Source: a phage. Taken from it: a DNA stretch of 64,000 bases. The stretch is from assembly GCA_016390365.1 (NCBI GenBank), contig GCA_016390365.1_3043.1, one strand, 5' to 3'. The notes beneath the pieces were generated by a model that worked only from the letters and a program-made list of their open reading frames with translations, had not been told where the DNA came from and made no database searches. This document shows, piece by piece, positions 63,874-64,000 of the stretch; within the stretch, counting starts at the first letter, position 1, and the number at the start of each line of letters is the position of its first letter. The position numbers and the translations under genes are program-made.

Positions 63874-64000
63874 ATGTACAATATTAAATGCCTGACCAAA
63901 AACGAACAAGCTGAAATTGTTAAACTGTATTCAAGCGGTAATTACACCCAGCAGGAATTGGCTGATTGGCAAGGTGTATCGGTTGACACAATCCGTCGTG
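63874..64000 (+). CDS. rIIB: rIIB protein (5' partial, runs off window)
   Basis: MYNIKCLTKNEQAEIVKLYSSGNYTQQELADWQGVSVDTIRR matches recalled T4 rIIB N-terminus. Confidence 0.9.
   Translation, partial: MYNIKCLTKNEQAEIVKLYSSGNYTQQELADWQGVSVDTIRR

Overview
This window is a T-even (T4-like, Tequatrovirus-type) phage genome segment, reverse-complemented relative to the usual T4 numbering, so almost every gene is on the + strand. It runs from nudE/e (lysozyme) through denV, an internal-protein gene, regB, tk, rI, nrdC, 49, nrdD-nrdG-nrdH, 55, a-gt, 47/46, rpbA, 45/44/62, regA, 43, imm, 42, a glucosyltransferase, uvsX, 40, 41, dmd-sp, 61, 56, soc, modB/modA, srd, dda, dexA, motB and 39 to rIIA and the start of rIIB. 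Gene calls rest on protein sequences recalled from T4, conserved motifs and synteny; no database search was possible. Between the core genes lie accessory islets of small ORFs, framed by recurring early promoters (GTTTAC -35, extended -10), MotA-box middle promoters, TATAAATA late promoters and CUUCGG-type hairpin terminators. Compared with my memory of T4, nrdD has no intron, gene 39 is unsplit, no homing-endonuclease ORFs were recognised, the gene after 42 is a DxD-motif glycosyltransferase rather than T4 beta-gt, and dam/69 appear absent between 56 and soc. The most interesting signals are a GrcA-like glycyl-radical gene whose 3' half looks host-derived, a macro-domain gene, two ORFs with capsid-targeting N-termini, a tandem family of coiled-coil paralogs, duplicated gene 3' ends, and repeated promoter-leader cassettes. 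No tRNA, CRISPR array or integrase was found. The ORF track evidently translates GTG/TTG starts as M, so several starts were moved to the ATG with the better Shine-Dalgarno.
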